Shown piece by piece: positions 10,165 to 19,267 of a stretch of 64,000 nt of DNA. A program made the translations under genes and the position numbers. The notes under the pieces are model-generated. The model was not told the DNA's origin, ran no database searches, and saw nothing but the letters and a program-made list of their open reading frames with translations. The DNA is from Bythopirellula sp. (lineage in GTDB: Bacteria > Planctomycetota > Planctomycetia > Pirellulales > Lacipirellulaceae): contig OZ244170.1 of the NCBI GenBank assembly GCA_965216565.1, forward strand, positions 4,576,001 to 4,640,000, given 5' to 3'. Numbering within the stretch: the stretch's first letter is position 1; every line of letters starts with the position of its first letter.

Positions 10165-11160
10165 ATGCAACTGTCTAAGGAAGCGAGCCACCGTCTGACT
10201 GCAATCCTGTGTACGCTGGTGGCCGTGGCAATCTTAGCGGCGGGCGTTACCGCTCAGCACGAAACGGGGGCCCCTGTCGATGTTCTCGCGAGATTGGAGT
10301 CGGACTTGCGGTTTCAGGTGCGATCTGTCTTCCGACTTCGACCCCGCGACGCGAGCAAGCGGCTCGGGCAAATCGATAAGGTGTTGAATGAATTTCGGGA
10401 GAATGGTCGTTCGAAGGATGATCAGCAACTGATGGCAGACTGGTTGCTACGGGCAACTCGTCGTTCCATGCCCGGTTCCCTGGCACCGTTGCCTGAAACT
10501 CCAGAGTTTGGCCGGACGAATCTCCCAACCACTTCGCAGCAGGACGCAGCAAGTGCTCCCGTTCCATCTGATACAACACCGGCAGCTCAGATCGAGCCTA
10601 GTGTTGAAACCGAAGCATCCAACCTGGAGCGACCGAGGGAGACAACCTCCGCTCCCAAGCCATCACAAACGAATCTGCCTAGTTCGCCCCCCGTAGAGCG
10701 TCTGGTGGCTCCCAAAGCTGCCACCACGCAACTTGTCAGTTCCGCCGAAGCAACACTTCTGGTTCAGCCGGAGCAAAGTGAAGTTGTGCTTAACCTCAAC
10801 GAGTTGTCGGCTCGCATTGCAGGATATCACTTGGCGTTGGACGAATTGGAAGCCGATCTATTCGAGAATCCTCAGCCCAACGAAGCGGAGATTGGCCGAT
10901 TTCTAAAGCAGCTGGCCAGCGTGCTCGAAGATTACCATTTTGTAAATCTATACTATGAGTCGCTCAACGCCCCAGAACGAAGCCAAGTGACCGCACCTCG
11001 CTCTGTGGGAGGCCTCGTGACCGGCATCAAGAGTCGTATCCAGAAACTGCGGCGAGCCATTCAAACTGATTTCCTAGGTGAGTTTGACCGTTCTGATGCT
11101 GAGCGTGTCGAACAGCTCAGCTCTCAACTAAGAGTGCTCGCCGATCGTATCACGTGGTGA
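10165..11160 (+). CDS. Hypothetical exported protein with Pro/Thr-rich linker
   Basis: Likely start at MQLSKE, followed by a hydrophobic signal-like segment. Confidence 0.65.
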   Translation: MQLSKEASHRLTAILCTLVAVAILAAGVTAQHETGAPVDVLARLESDLRFQVRSVFRLRPRDASKRLGQIDKVLNEFRENGRSKDDQQLMADWLLRATRRSMPGSLAPLPETPEFGRTNLPTTSQQDAASAPVPSDTTPAAQIEPSVETEASNLERPRETTSAPKPSQTNLPSSPPVERLVAPKAATTQLVSSAEATLLVQPEQSEVVLNLNELSARIAGYHLALDELEADLFENPQPNEAEIGRFLKQLASVLEDYHFVNLYYESLNAPERSQVTAPRSVGGLVTGIKSRIQKLRRAIQTDFLGEFDRSDAERVEQLSSQLRVLADRITW

Positions 11161-11253
11161 AATAGCTAAACTGCACTGCCTGCTTGTGACAGCCATTGGC
11201 GTGATTTAGACTGCACCTAACTGCTCTCTTTGATGAATGCAGATTGCATGCAA

Positions 11254-11293
11254 GCGGGTGTAGTTCAATGGTAGAACGAAAGCTTCCCAAGCT
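11254..11293 (+). pseudogene. 5' half of tRNA-Gly(CCC), probable attachment-site remnant
   Basis: GCGGGTG-TA-GTTCAATGGTAGAAC-G-AAAGC-TTCCCAA-GCT gives the acceptor 5' strand, D arm and CCC anticodon loop; the sequence then diverges, with no TTCGA T-arm or acceptor 3' strand. Confidence 0.85.
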
Positions 11294-11873
11294 AATTACA
11301 CGCTACATCACCAAGAACTGACAGTCACAGAAATACCTTATTTTTCAGTGTTATATGGCGTTTCTTAGTCTTCTCACCGGGTCGATGAATCGACCTATGT
11401 AGTGCAGCATCGACCGGAAATGTAGTGAAGCGATGTTTTGGAGAAGGCGTGTCCCACGAACTGGACACCCTGGAATCCACTCGGCGAACTGCCATCATGC
11501 CTAGGCCTCGTGTTCTACCCCGGCCCCATCTGCCGATGGCTCCAATCGCTACTAATGGCCGTCAAATTCGGTTGGTGACAACCGCCATCAAAGCCTGTTA
11601 GTGTGACTCTGCTAACTTGTGCGTGCCGATGATTCGCGTCGGCATGCCTTTTTAACGGAGTTAAGTATGTGAATCGACGGTGAAGGCCCTGAATCAGCAG
11701 CTTCCGCTTCTGTGCGGACTGACTGGCGTGATGAAATGAGTGTTTTTGTGATTCTTCCAAATCGACTCTAACCCATTTCTTCAAGCATAGTCAACGGTCA
11801 ATCGACGAACGTCGCACCGGACTGGTACGCCAAGTCGAGCAGGCTCTTTGCCTCTTATCACGGAGGAAAAGAA

Positions 11874-12815
11874 ATGGTGTATTCTTCAAGAAACAGCAAG
11901 AGTTCAGTCCGCTATCGCCAATTCCAGCGAGGCTATGCCAAGGTACCAGCTAACGAGCTTCGAGCCGTACTCGAAGGCTATCGGCAGGGAGTCTTTCGAC
12001 GCAATGAAGTTCGTGTTTTCGCCGCTCGCTGGGAAGCTGAATCCCTTCATGAGGATAGCAAGGTATCAATCTACCGCATCATTAACTGTAAGTCTAAGTG
12101 GAAGGGTCACCGTCGCCTATCACACGCTCATATAGATGACGCTGTAACTAAGCTCAATAGGTTGCTCCCTGAAATCAAATTGAAGCTTACAGAACTTCCG
12201 GAAGATGACCGGCCAAAAACGTCAGAGAAACCAGTTGCACGTCGAGTGTTACGACATGTTGCTCGCGGCGGAGCAACAACCGTTGAGTCGTTGTTCTATT
12301 TTGCATACTTCATGCGTCGCATTCCAAAACGCTGGCAACTGCAACTGCTTAAGCATGGCGAACACTATGCTCGATTTCGCTATGCCGACTTCGAGGCATG
12401 GACAGGCGTGCATAGAGCCACTCAGTCGCGATTATTTCAGCGAATCCTAAGCCGGGGTTACCTCGACGCAATCGAGGTTCACAAGGAAAATGAAAACATC
12501 AATGGCCAACTCTTCGTCGACGGCCCAATGCTCTCCCTCGTCAGACGGCATCAGAGCCGACTACCTAAACAGCCTAATGCCGATGGAAGCGTCCGTAAGA
12601 AAAGGTCAACGCCTGCCACACTTTTGGTCAGCACCTCCCCGCAGAAAAAGTCAACGCTCTTATATAACGGAAATCCTAAAACAGAAATCAAAAGACCGGA
12701 AACGGTTTTCAATTTCAATGGGGGGATTTTTGCGGGGCATGCCGACCCCGAAATACGAAGGATTGCATTAAGAGCAGCTCAGATGACCGAACAATGCCAA
12801 CTGCAAGCAGCGTAG
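11874..12815 (+). CDS. Putative wHTH replication initiator-like protein
   Basis: Basic 313-aa protein with HTH-like RYADFEAWTGVHRATQSRLFQRILSRGYL, followed by iteron-like DNA repeats inside the ORF; GGAGG RBS. Confidence 0.5.
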   Translation: MVYSSRNSKSSVRYRQFQRGYAKVPANELRAVLEGYRQGVFRRNEVRVFAARWEAESLHEDSKVSIYRIINCKSKWKGHRRLSHAHIDDAVTKLNRLLPEIKLKLTELPEDDRPKTSEKPVARRVLRHVARGGATTVESLFYFAYFMRRIPKRWQLQLLKHGEHYARFRYADFEAWTGVHRATQSRLFQRILSRGYLDAIEVHKENENINGQLFVDGPMLSLVRRHQSRLPKQPNADGSVRKKRSTPATLLVSTSPQKKSTLLYNGNPKTEIKRPETVFNFNGGIFAGHADPEIRRIALRAAQMTEQCQLQAA

Positions 12816-13143
12816 TCGACGATTAATCGTCGAAATCAGGTTTCAATCGCTCATTGCCGTCAAGGTGTTTGTCGAACTGTACCTTTCACCGTGAAGACGG
12901 CTATTGTACTTGTCCGTCATGCTGGTTTCTATATGGTGCAGGTTGTCGTTCAGTAGCTATCCAAAACCTGAACCGGCTCTACGCATCTCATATGCTGTCA
13001 GTAGCCCACGTGCCCATCTACAGTGCCTTTCTTGCATGGCCGCTTTAACAGGAAGAATGAGTAGCCCTCTTCTAAGGGTCTCAATAGCACATGACTGCTT
13101 GAAACTCTGCTTGTGTTAGTTTTTTCTTTTCCAACCGCGTGAG

Positions 13144-13308
13144 GCTGCCAGAAGTTTTTGGAATCCGACCGATGCAACTCTGTGCCAGGCGTAGCCTGTC
13201 ACTAAACTTGCGACGGTGGATGTTCTTTTCTCTGGCAGCAACTCCGCTGCTTCCTCCTCTTCAAAAGTGATTGTCCTTCGGCACAGGGTGAAAGAACAAA
13301 TCACTTTT
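13144..13308. promoter_or_regulatory. Two long imperfect hairpins upstream of the ardA cassette (ssi/Frpo-like candidate)
   Basis: Nested arms GCTGCCAGA/TCTGGCAGC, ATCC-ACCG/CGGT-GGAT and CAGGC/GCCTG (13144-13239); second hairpin AAAAGTGATT/AATCACTTTT (13263-13308). Confidence 0.55.
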
Positions 13309-13325
13309 TTCCAAAGGAGGAAACG

Positions 13326-13583
13326 ATGAAAAACAAACCAACACTAACCAACAGCAAAAGCAATGTTCATCTGGCCATCTTTGAGCAAACCAGAGAGGAC
13401 GGGGCAACCTGGTTCTCAACAACGCTCAAGCGGCCCTACCGCACCAAGGGCGGTCAATGGGAGCACGGCAGCTACAACCTCAAACAACTTGAGGCTCTTG
13501 TCGAGCTGGCTCAGCAAGCAATTCGATTCATCACTGAGTCAGAAAAGCTGAACCAATCGGCAGAGCAATCTGCCGCCGCTTAG
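13326..13583 (+). CDS. Small PC4/SpoVG-like putative ssDNA-binding protein
   Basis: AAGGAGG RBS; beta-rich N-terminus, RPYRTKGGQW motif and C-terminal helix; resembles the ORFs at 43231 and 44875. Confidence 0.6.
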   Translation: MKNKPTLTNSKSNVHLAIFEQTREDGATWFSTTLKRPYRTKGGQWEHGSYNLKQLEALVELAQQAIRFITESEKLNQSAEQSAAA

Positions 13584-13642
13584 AGAACAACGGCTGGCCT
13601 AATGGGGTCAGCCTTTTAACAAACACCATGGAGGAACAAACA

Positions 13643-14164
13643 ATGAACCAGAAACTGAATCCAATGATATACGTCGCTTGTCTCGCAGCCTACAACGCCG
13701 GACACCTACACGGGGAATGGCTCGAAGCAGCCAGAGAACCCGCCGATATTCAGGAAGACATTCGTGCTATCCTGCTAAGCTCACCCATCAAGTCGAGTGA
13801 AGAATATGCAATTCACGACTACGAAGGATTTGGTGACATCCGTATTAGCGAGTACCACGGCGTAACGGAAGTATCACATCTTGCTTTACTCATCGAGGAG
13901 CACGGAGAAGCGTTTGCCGCCTATGTCGGCCATGCTGGAGAGGAGTACGCCACTGAGGAATCGTTTCGCGACGCCTACCATGGCCACTGGGACTCAGAAC
14001 TCGCCTACGCAGAACACATTTTCGATGAGTTGTACCTCACTGAGTTACCAGATAATCTTCGCTACTATATCGACTATCAGGCCTTCAGTCGGGACCTCTT
14101 CCTTGAAGGGTATTTCAGTGTAGAAGCGTCTTTCGGGGGAGTTTTTGTCTTCAACAGCTATTGA
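13643..14164 (+). CDS. ardA: Antirestriction protein ArdA
   Basis: IYVACLAAYNAGHLHGEW, EEYAIHDYEGF and YIDYQAFSRDL motifs; highly acidic DNA-mimic composition. Confidence 0.93.
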   Translation: MNQKLNPMIYVACLAAYNAGHLHGEWLEAAREPADIQEDIRAILLSSPIKSSEEYAIHDYEGFGDIRISEYHGVTEVSHLALLIEEHGEAFAAYVGHAGEEYATEESFRDAYHGHWDSELAYAEHIFDELYLTELPDNLRYYIDYQAFSRDLFLEGYFSVEASFGGVFVFNSY

Positions 14165-14479
14165 TTATCTACGCGTCGCCGCCTGGCGACGCAATTACCC
14201 ACCTATCGAGCAGCACAAAATTTTTTGATTACGTAAGATGTTTTGAGGCAACAGGATACGCACATCCAACGATTCGTAATCTGAAAATTTACTTTTTGAC
14301 GGTTGTTTTGGTCGGTTTTACCTGTAAAATGCATGCAGCCCAGGGCGGTAACCCTGGGCTGACGCGTGCCGGGTGGGCCCGGCCTTCAAATTGAACAGCT
14401 GAAGTATACCTGGCCCGTTTCCACTTAGCAAGATTCTGAGAGTGTTTCTCGGGCCCCGGCACGCGTCTTACCTTCCCAT

Positions 14480-15850
14480 ATGGAGGAAATGGCTGTGCCC
14501 ATTTCTACTCAAAACCGCGTGGATGGCTTGCCTGAGGCAGAGACTTCAGCCCCATCCGACCTTCCTGCCGATGCCTTTCAATCCATTGAAGTCGATGGTG
14601 ATGAAATCCGCATCGACAACTTTTGCTTCCGCAGCCACGAACTAGCCGACTATCTGAGGCCAATTGCTGTCGAGCAGTGGCCGCATGAAGTCACCAAAGC
14701 TATCGAGTTGGGCGTCTTCTGTCTGGTTCGAGCTACCGCTTCGCGGGACGCTGAGTTTGTAAAGCACCAAGCCGAACGCGTTATCAACACCGTTGAGTCT
14801 CGGGTCGGTGCTCTACCTAAGCAACTTCGCGACGAATTGATGGCGAAAATTGGTACTGGCGATGGCCAGGTCTTGAAGCCAGTCAATGACCTTATTGACC
14901 GGGTCACTAAGGCACTCGGTGACCGTGTGACCGAGGTCAAGAACCTGTTCGGCGAGAACTTGGACCCTGAAAAGGAATCGTCATCGCTAGGCCAAACACT
15001 CAAAGCCGTTGCTGGCATGGTCGACCCGCAGAGAAAGGACTCTATCCAATCCACTGTCGAATCCGCCATCAAGGGGATTAGCGGTGGGGACGGGGCTTTG
15101 GCCAAGACTGTCAAAGATGTAGTGACAGAAGTTCTGAAGCCATTGAAAGAAGAGTTTGACTTGTTGGCGAAAGAGTTTCGCGGTCAAGAAGCTGCTCAAG
15201 AAGCACTTCAGCAGACGACCCAGAAGGGCCGCCCCTACGAAGAGCTAGTTGTCGACCTGTTGCGTCCTTGGACTCAGGCCGTCGGAGCTGGTCTCGATGA
15301 CCTTGGTGCTGATAATAAACCAGGTGACGTTGTCATCAGTGTGCCGGACTCAACGTTCGGTGGCAGCGAATTTCGCATCGTCATTGAAGCTCGAAATCGC
15401 GATTCTGCGAAGGGTCGGAAAGCCATTGCCGAAGACCTAGATAAGAAAATGGTGGAGCGTTCGGCGAACGCAGCCATTTACCTAAGTCGCACCGAAGCGG
15501 GCTTGGCTCGTGAGATTGGTGACTGGTCAGAGGGCGAGTCCGAACTTGGACCCTGGGTCGCGACAACCCAAGACCACCTACTGACGGCGGTTCGATTCCT
15601 AATCGCCATGCAAAGGCTCCGGTCCCTGAAGTCGGAGGCACCTACGTTCGACGCCGCGATGTTGGAAAACCAAATCGAACGTATTCGTACTTCGCTGAAG
15701 CGGATTCAGTCAATCAATCGCAAAGTGACGAATGCCCGCGATTGCGTTGACGACATCAGCACGGAAGCCAACACCTTACGCGACGAGATTAAAGACGCCC
15801 TTGTGAATATCGAAGACGCTATTCTCAAGGCCGCAAAGGTATCCGATTGA
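14480..15850 (+). CDS. Coiled-coil protein with PD-(D/E)xK-like nuclease domain (DUF2130/RmuC-like)
   Basis: Long helical region, then KGRPYEE...GDVVI...IVIEARN, then a C-terminal coiled coil. Confidence 0.55.
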   Translation: MEEMAVPISTQNRVDGLPEAETSAPSDLPADAFQSIEVDGDEIRIDNFCFRSHELADYLRPIAVEQWPHEVTKAIELGVFCLVRATASRDAEFVKHQAERVINTVESRVGALPKQLRDELMAKIGTGDGQVLKPVNDLIDRVTKALGDRVTEVKNLFGENLDPEKESSSLGQTLKAVAGMVDPQRKDSIQSTVESAIKGISGGDGALAKTVKDVVTEVLKPLKEEFDLLAKEFRGQEAAQEALQQTTQKGRPYEELVVDLLRPWTQAVGAGLDDLGADNKPGDVVISVPDSTFGGSEFRIVIEARNRDSAKGRKAIAEDLDKKMVERSANAAIYLSRTEAGLAREIGDWSEGESELGPWVATTQDHLLTAVRFLIAMQRLRSLKSEAPTFDAAMLENQIERIRTSLKRIQSINRKVTNARDCVDDISTEANTLRDEIKDALVNIEDAILKAAKVSD

Positions 15851-15875
15851 CCCTTCACGTGCGGTCTGGGCGACA

Positions 15876-16517
15876 ATGGCACCCAGACCGCACGGTTTAA
15901 CTGCCTTGGATTGGAGACGTGCTTTGAAAGGCACACAAAAACAACTTGGTGACATCGCAACCATCTTCGTCGGCATGCCAACGAAGCAGTCCCAGCTCAA
16001 CGATTATGGGCCAGCGGGCAACGTGTTGACGGTGCGTGCCTTAGAGGAGTTTGGGATTGATGTTACGCAACTAGTACGCGTTGACCTCAAGTCCCGCGAT
16101 GTTGACAAATACAAGGCACGAGCCAATGACCTTGTGCTCACAGCTCGGAGCACTTCTTTACGGATGGCAATCGTACCAGAAAAGATGGATGGAATAGTAC
16201 TCAACTCGACATTGGTAGCCATACGCTCACTGCCCGTGCTCGAACCACGCTTGTTGGCGGCCTACCTCAAACACCCTGCTGGCCAAGCGGCCCTAGAAGC
16301 GGTCGCCCAAAGTGGCTCGCTACAACTCAACTTCACGGTACAGGCAGTCAGTAAACTCACAGTTCCTGTGCCACCAATGGAGACACAACGTCGGATGGTT
16401 GAAATTCTCGAAGCCGCAGACGCTGCCTACGAGTCAGCAGGTACCGCAGCAAGACTACGCCATCAACTCGCCAACGAGATTGTCGTCGACCATTTGCAGG
16501 AGGTCGCAACACGATGA
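15876..16517 (+). CDS. Half-size type I R-M specificity subunit (single TRD)
   Basis: LGDIATIFVG start, TRD-like core and LTVPVPPMETQRRMVEIL conserved helix. Confidence 0.75.
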   Translation: MAPRPHGLTALDWRRALKGTQKQLGDIATIFVGMPTKQSQLNDYGPAGNVLTVRALEEFGIDVTQLVRVDLKSRDVDKYKARANDLVLTARSTSLRMAIVPEKMDGIVLNSTLVAIRSLPVLEPRLLAAYLKHPAGQAALEAVAQSGSLQLNFTVQAVSKLTVPVPPMETQRRMVEILEAADAAYESAGTAARLRHQLANEIVVDHLQEVATR

Positions 16518-17374
16518 CCACAGCACCCTCAGCAATTATCTACGTTCACGGCATTAGTCAGCACGACATCGGTTACTCCGACGCTTGGCACCAAGCCCTG
16601 GAGCCTCACCTATCGCATTCCATAGCAAAGTATGAAGTGCGATGGAGCGACCTCGTCAATGCTATGGCGATGGCCTACGGCGACGATGCCCAGAGTGCGG
16701 CGAACGCCGCCGAAGAGGAAGAGCTTCGGCGAGAAATCGAACGCGAGCTAGAAGCTCGCAAGCTACGAAATGGCCAAACGCGAGCCCTGGCAGTATCTCG
16801 TGGTGCTGAAGGAGTATACGGAGGTAGCGGCTTCGCCCTCGATGATTTTGTTCGCTACATGACTTGGGAAAGCACTCGCAACAGCATCCTTGCCAGATTC
16901 GACGATATTGTCACGCCGCTACTTCGCGATGGACACAAACTCCACATTATCGCTCACAGTTGGGGCACCGTCGTCAGCTATGAAGGACTACGTCGGTTGG
17001 ACGACGCTGGTCTTCCCGGTCGCGTAGCCAATTTCATTGTGCTTGGCAGTGCCCTCTCAATTGGTCCCGTCCAGCGAAACCTTTTCGGACGTGTCGCAGA
17101 TGGTCGTCGTCCGCAACTCGTGGAAAACTTCGTTAACATTGATGCAGGCGGCGATGTCGTGGGTGGCCCAATTTCTCCACCGTTTGACGACGTTGTAGAG
17201 TTTCTACAGCGTGTTCCAACGGGGTGCTCGATGTTTCGGTTTCGTCGCTTACTAGGTCACCCTACTGCACGCAATCCAGGTTGTGCCCACAGTTCGTACT
17301 TTCAGTCCGAGAATAAAGCAGTCCAACGAGACATTGTCGCCCGCTACATCAATCAATCTATTACAAATAGTTAA
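16514..17374 (+). CDS. Alpha/beta hydrolase-fold protein
   Basis: IIYVHGI, nucleophile elbow IIAHSWG, GDVV and C-terminal AHSSYF (Ser-Asp-His triad pattern); ATGA overlap with upstream gene. Confidence 0.75.
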   Translation: MTTAPSAIIYVHGISQHDIGYSDAWHQALEPHLSHSIAKYEVRWSDLVNAMAMAYGDDAQSAANAAEEEELRREIERELEARKLRNGQTRALAVSRGAEGVYGGSGFALDDFVRYMTWESTRNSILARFDDIVTPLLRDGHKLHIIAHSWGTVVSYEGLRRLDDAGLPGRVANFIVLGSALSIGPVQRNLFGRVADGRRPQLVENFVNIDAGGDVVGGPISPPFDDVVEFLQRVPTGCSMFRFRRLLGHPTARNPGCAHSSYFQSENKAVQRDIVARYINQSITNS

Positions 17375-17395
17375 TACTCCGAAAGGATTCCCAAT

Positions 17396-19267
17396 ATGTC
17401 CAAGGTTTCCACTACCGACCGCATTGTCACGCGGGAAGAACTCAACCGCTCTCTCTGGGGAGCCGCCGACATTCTTCGCGGCACTGTTGACGCGGGTGAC
17501 TTCAAAAATCACATCCTCGCCTTGATGTTTCTCAAGCGATTGAGCGACGTGTTCAAGGAACGCCGTAAGGAAATCATCGACGAGTGGCTGAAAAGCGGAA
17601 AATCTCGTGAGCAAGCCGAGCAAATCGCCGAAGACCCCGACGAGTACACGTCTGGCAGTTACTACATCCCCGAAGGTGCCCGCTGGGACGACTTGATGAA
17701 GGTCGGTGAGAACCGGGCAGAAGCAATCGACAAGGCTTTGCACGCCATCGAGGAGCACAACAATCTGTACCTAGAAGGCGTATTGGCAGGCATCCGCTTC
17801 AACGACGAGCGTCGGTTCGGCGATGCCGTCGAGATGGACTCGATGATGCAGCGGCTGCTCACTCACTTTGGGAACATCCCGCTGGGCAATCGCAACCTTG
17901 CCGAGCCCGACGTGCTAGGCAATGCCTACGAATACCTCATCGAACGTTTTGCCGAAGGCTCAGGAAAGAAGGGTGGCGAGTTCTACACGCCCCGCATGGT
18001 GGTCAAGCTCATCGTCCAACTGCTCAAGCCAGAAGAAGGTATGCGGGTCCATGACCCCACTTGCGGTTCAGGCGGCATGCTCATCGAGTGCGGCAACTAC
18101 GTCATCGACCACGGCGGCGACTATCGCAACATCACGCTCACCGGTCAGGAAAAGAACTACGGCACCTGGAGTATTTGCAAGCTCAACATGCTCTTGCACA
18201 ACTTCCCGGATACCGACATCCGAGCGGGCGACACTATCAACCGCCCACGCTTCGAGACGGCGGGCGTGCTCGACGTGTTCGACCGGGTGATTGCCAATCC
18301 GCCGTTCTCTCTAAAAGAGTGGCATGGCGTTGCTGCCAAGAAGGACAAGAACGAAAAGACCAAGGTCGACAGCAAAGAGGTCCAGGAGAAATTCAAGAAC
18401 GACACCTTTCATCGCTTTACGCGGGGTGTGCCACCGACCACCAAGGGCGACACCGCGTTTTTGCAGCACATGGTTTCGGTCTGCAATGAAAAGGGCAAAG
18501 TCGGAGTCGTCATGCCGCACGGTGTTTTGTTTCGAGGCGGGTCTGAGGCGAAGATTCGCCAGGCCCTACTCGAAGAAGACTTATTCGAGGCAGTAGTTGG
18601 GCTCCCCGAAAAGCTGTTCTTTGGCACGGGCATCCCGGCGTCCATCATTATTCTCAACAAAAACAAGCCTGCTCATCGCAAGGGCAAGGTGCTGTTTGTC
18701 GATGCTTCGCCCGAAGGACTCTACCACGACGGGAAGAATCGCAATTACTTGCGATTGGAAGACGTCTTGCGTGTGACAGCAGTTTTCGACGCTTGGCACG
18801 ATGGCGGAATCCATGAAGAAGCTATTCATGAGCATGTCGACCAACTTGCCACGCAGTGGCTCGAAGCGATTGCCATGCACGAGAGTCGGCAACTGCGAGC
18901 AGCAGAAGGGCAGCCGGAAGATGTTGTCAAACGTATTCAGGACGAAGCTGAAGAAGACTTGTGTGATATTCGCGAAGCTAAAGAACATGTCGAGTTCTGG
19001 CTCAAAAGCAAAGACTCCAGCGGTAAAGAGTTGCCCCCGATGCAACGCACGCCGCTCGAAAAGTTTGCGGCGGTTGCCACGCTCGAAGAGATTGCCGAAG
19101 AGAACGACTACAACCTCAATCTTAGCCGCTATGTCGATTCCACCGAACCGCCGCCGCAACTCGATGTGAAGGCTGAGCTACGAAAACTTCGCGACTTAGA
19201 GAAGAAACGAGACGAAGCTGAGCAGCGGATGAATCGGCTCCTGGAGGAGGTTGGGTATGCCGTCTAA
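17396..19267 (+). CDS. hsdM: Type I R-M methyltransferase subunit M
   Basis: LWGAADILRG, GEFYTP, DPTCGSGG, NPPF, PHGVLFRG and YNLNLSRY motifs. Confidence 0.97.
   Translation: MSKVSTTDRIVTREELNRSLWGAADILRGTVDAGDFKNHILALMFLKRLSDVFKERRKEIIDEWLKSGKSREQAEQIAEDPDEYTSGSYYIPEGARWDDLMKVGENRAEAIDKALHAIEEHNNLYLEGVLAGIRFNDERRFGDAVEMDSMMQRLLTHFGNIPLGNRNLAEPDVLGNAYEYLIERFAEGSGKKGGEFYTPRMVVKLIVQLLKPEEGMRVHDPTCGSGGMLIECGNYVIDHGGDYRNITLTGQEKNYGTWSICKLNMLLHNFPDTDIRAGDTINRPRFETAGVLDVFDRVIANPPFSLKEWHGVAAKKDKNEKTKVDSKEVQEKFKNDTFHRFTRGVPPTTKGDTAFLQHMVSVCNEKGKVGVVMPHGVLFRGGSEAKIRQALLEEDLFEAVVGLPEKLFFGTGIPASIIILNKNKPAHRKGKVLFVDASPEGLYHDGKNRNYLRLEDVLRVTAVFDAWHDGGIHEEAIHEHVDQLATQWLEAIAMHESRQLRAAEGQPEDVVKRIQDEAEEDLCDIREAKEHVEFWLKSKDSSGKELPPMQRTPLEKFAAVATLEEIAEENDYNLNLSRYVDSTEPPPQLDVKAELRKLRDLEKKRDEAEQRMNRLLEEVGYAV

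Noticed and set aside
11254..11330. Intact tRNA-Gly
   Set aside because: No T-arm or acceptor 3' strand follows the anticodon arm
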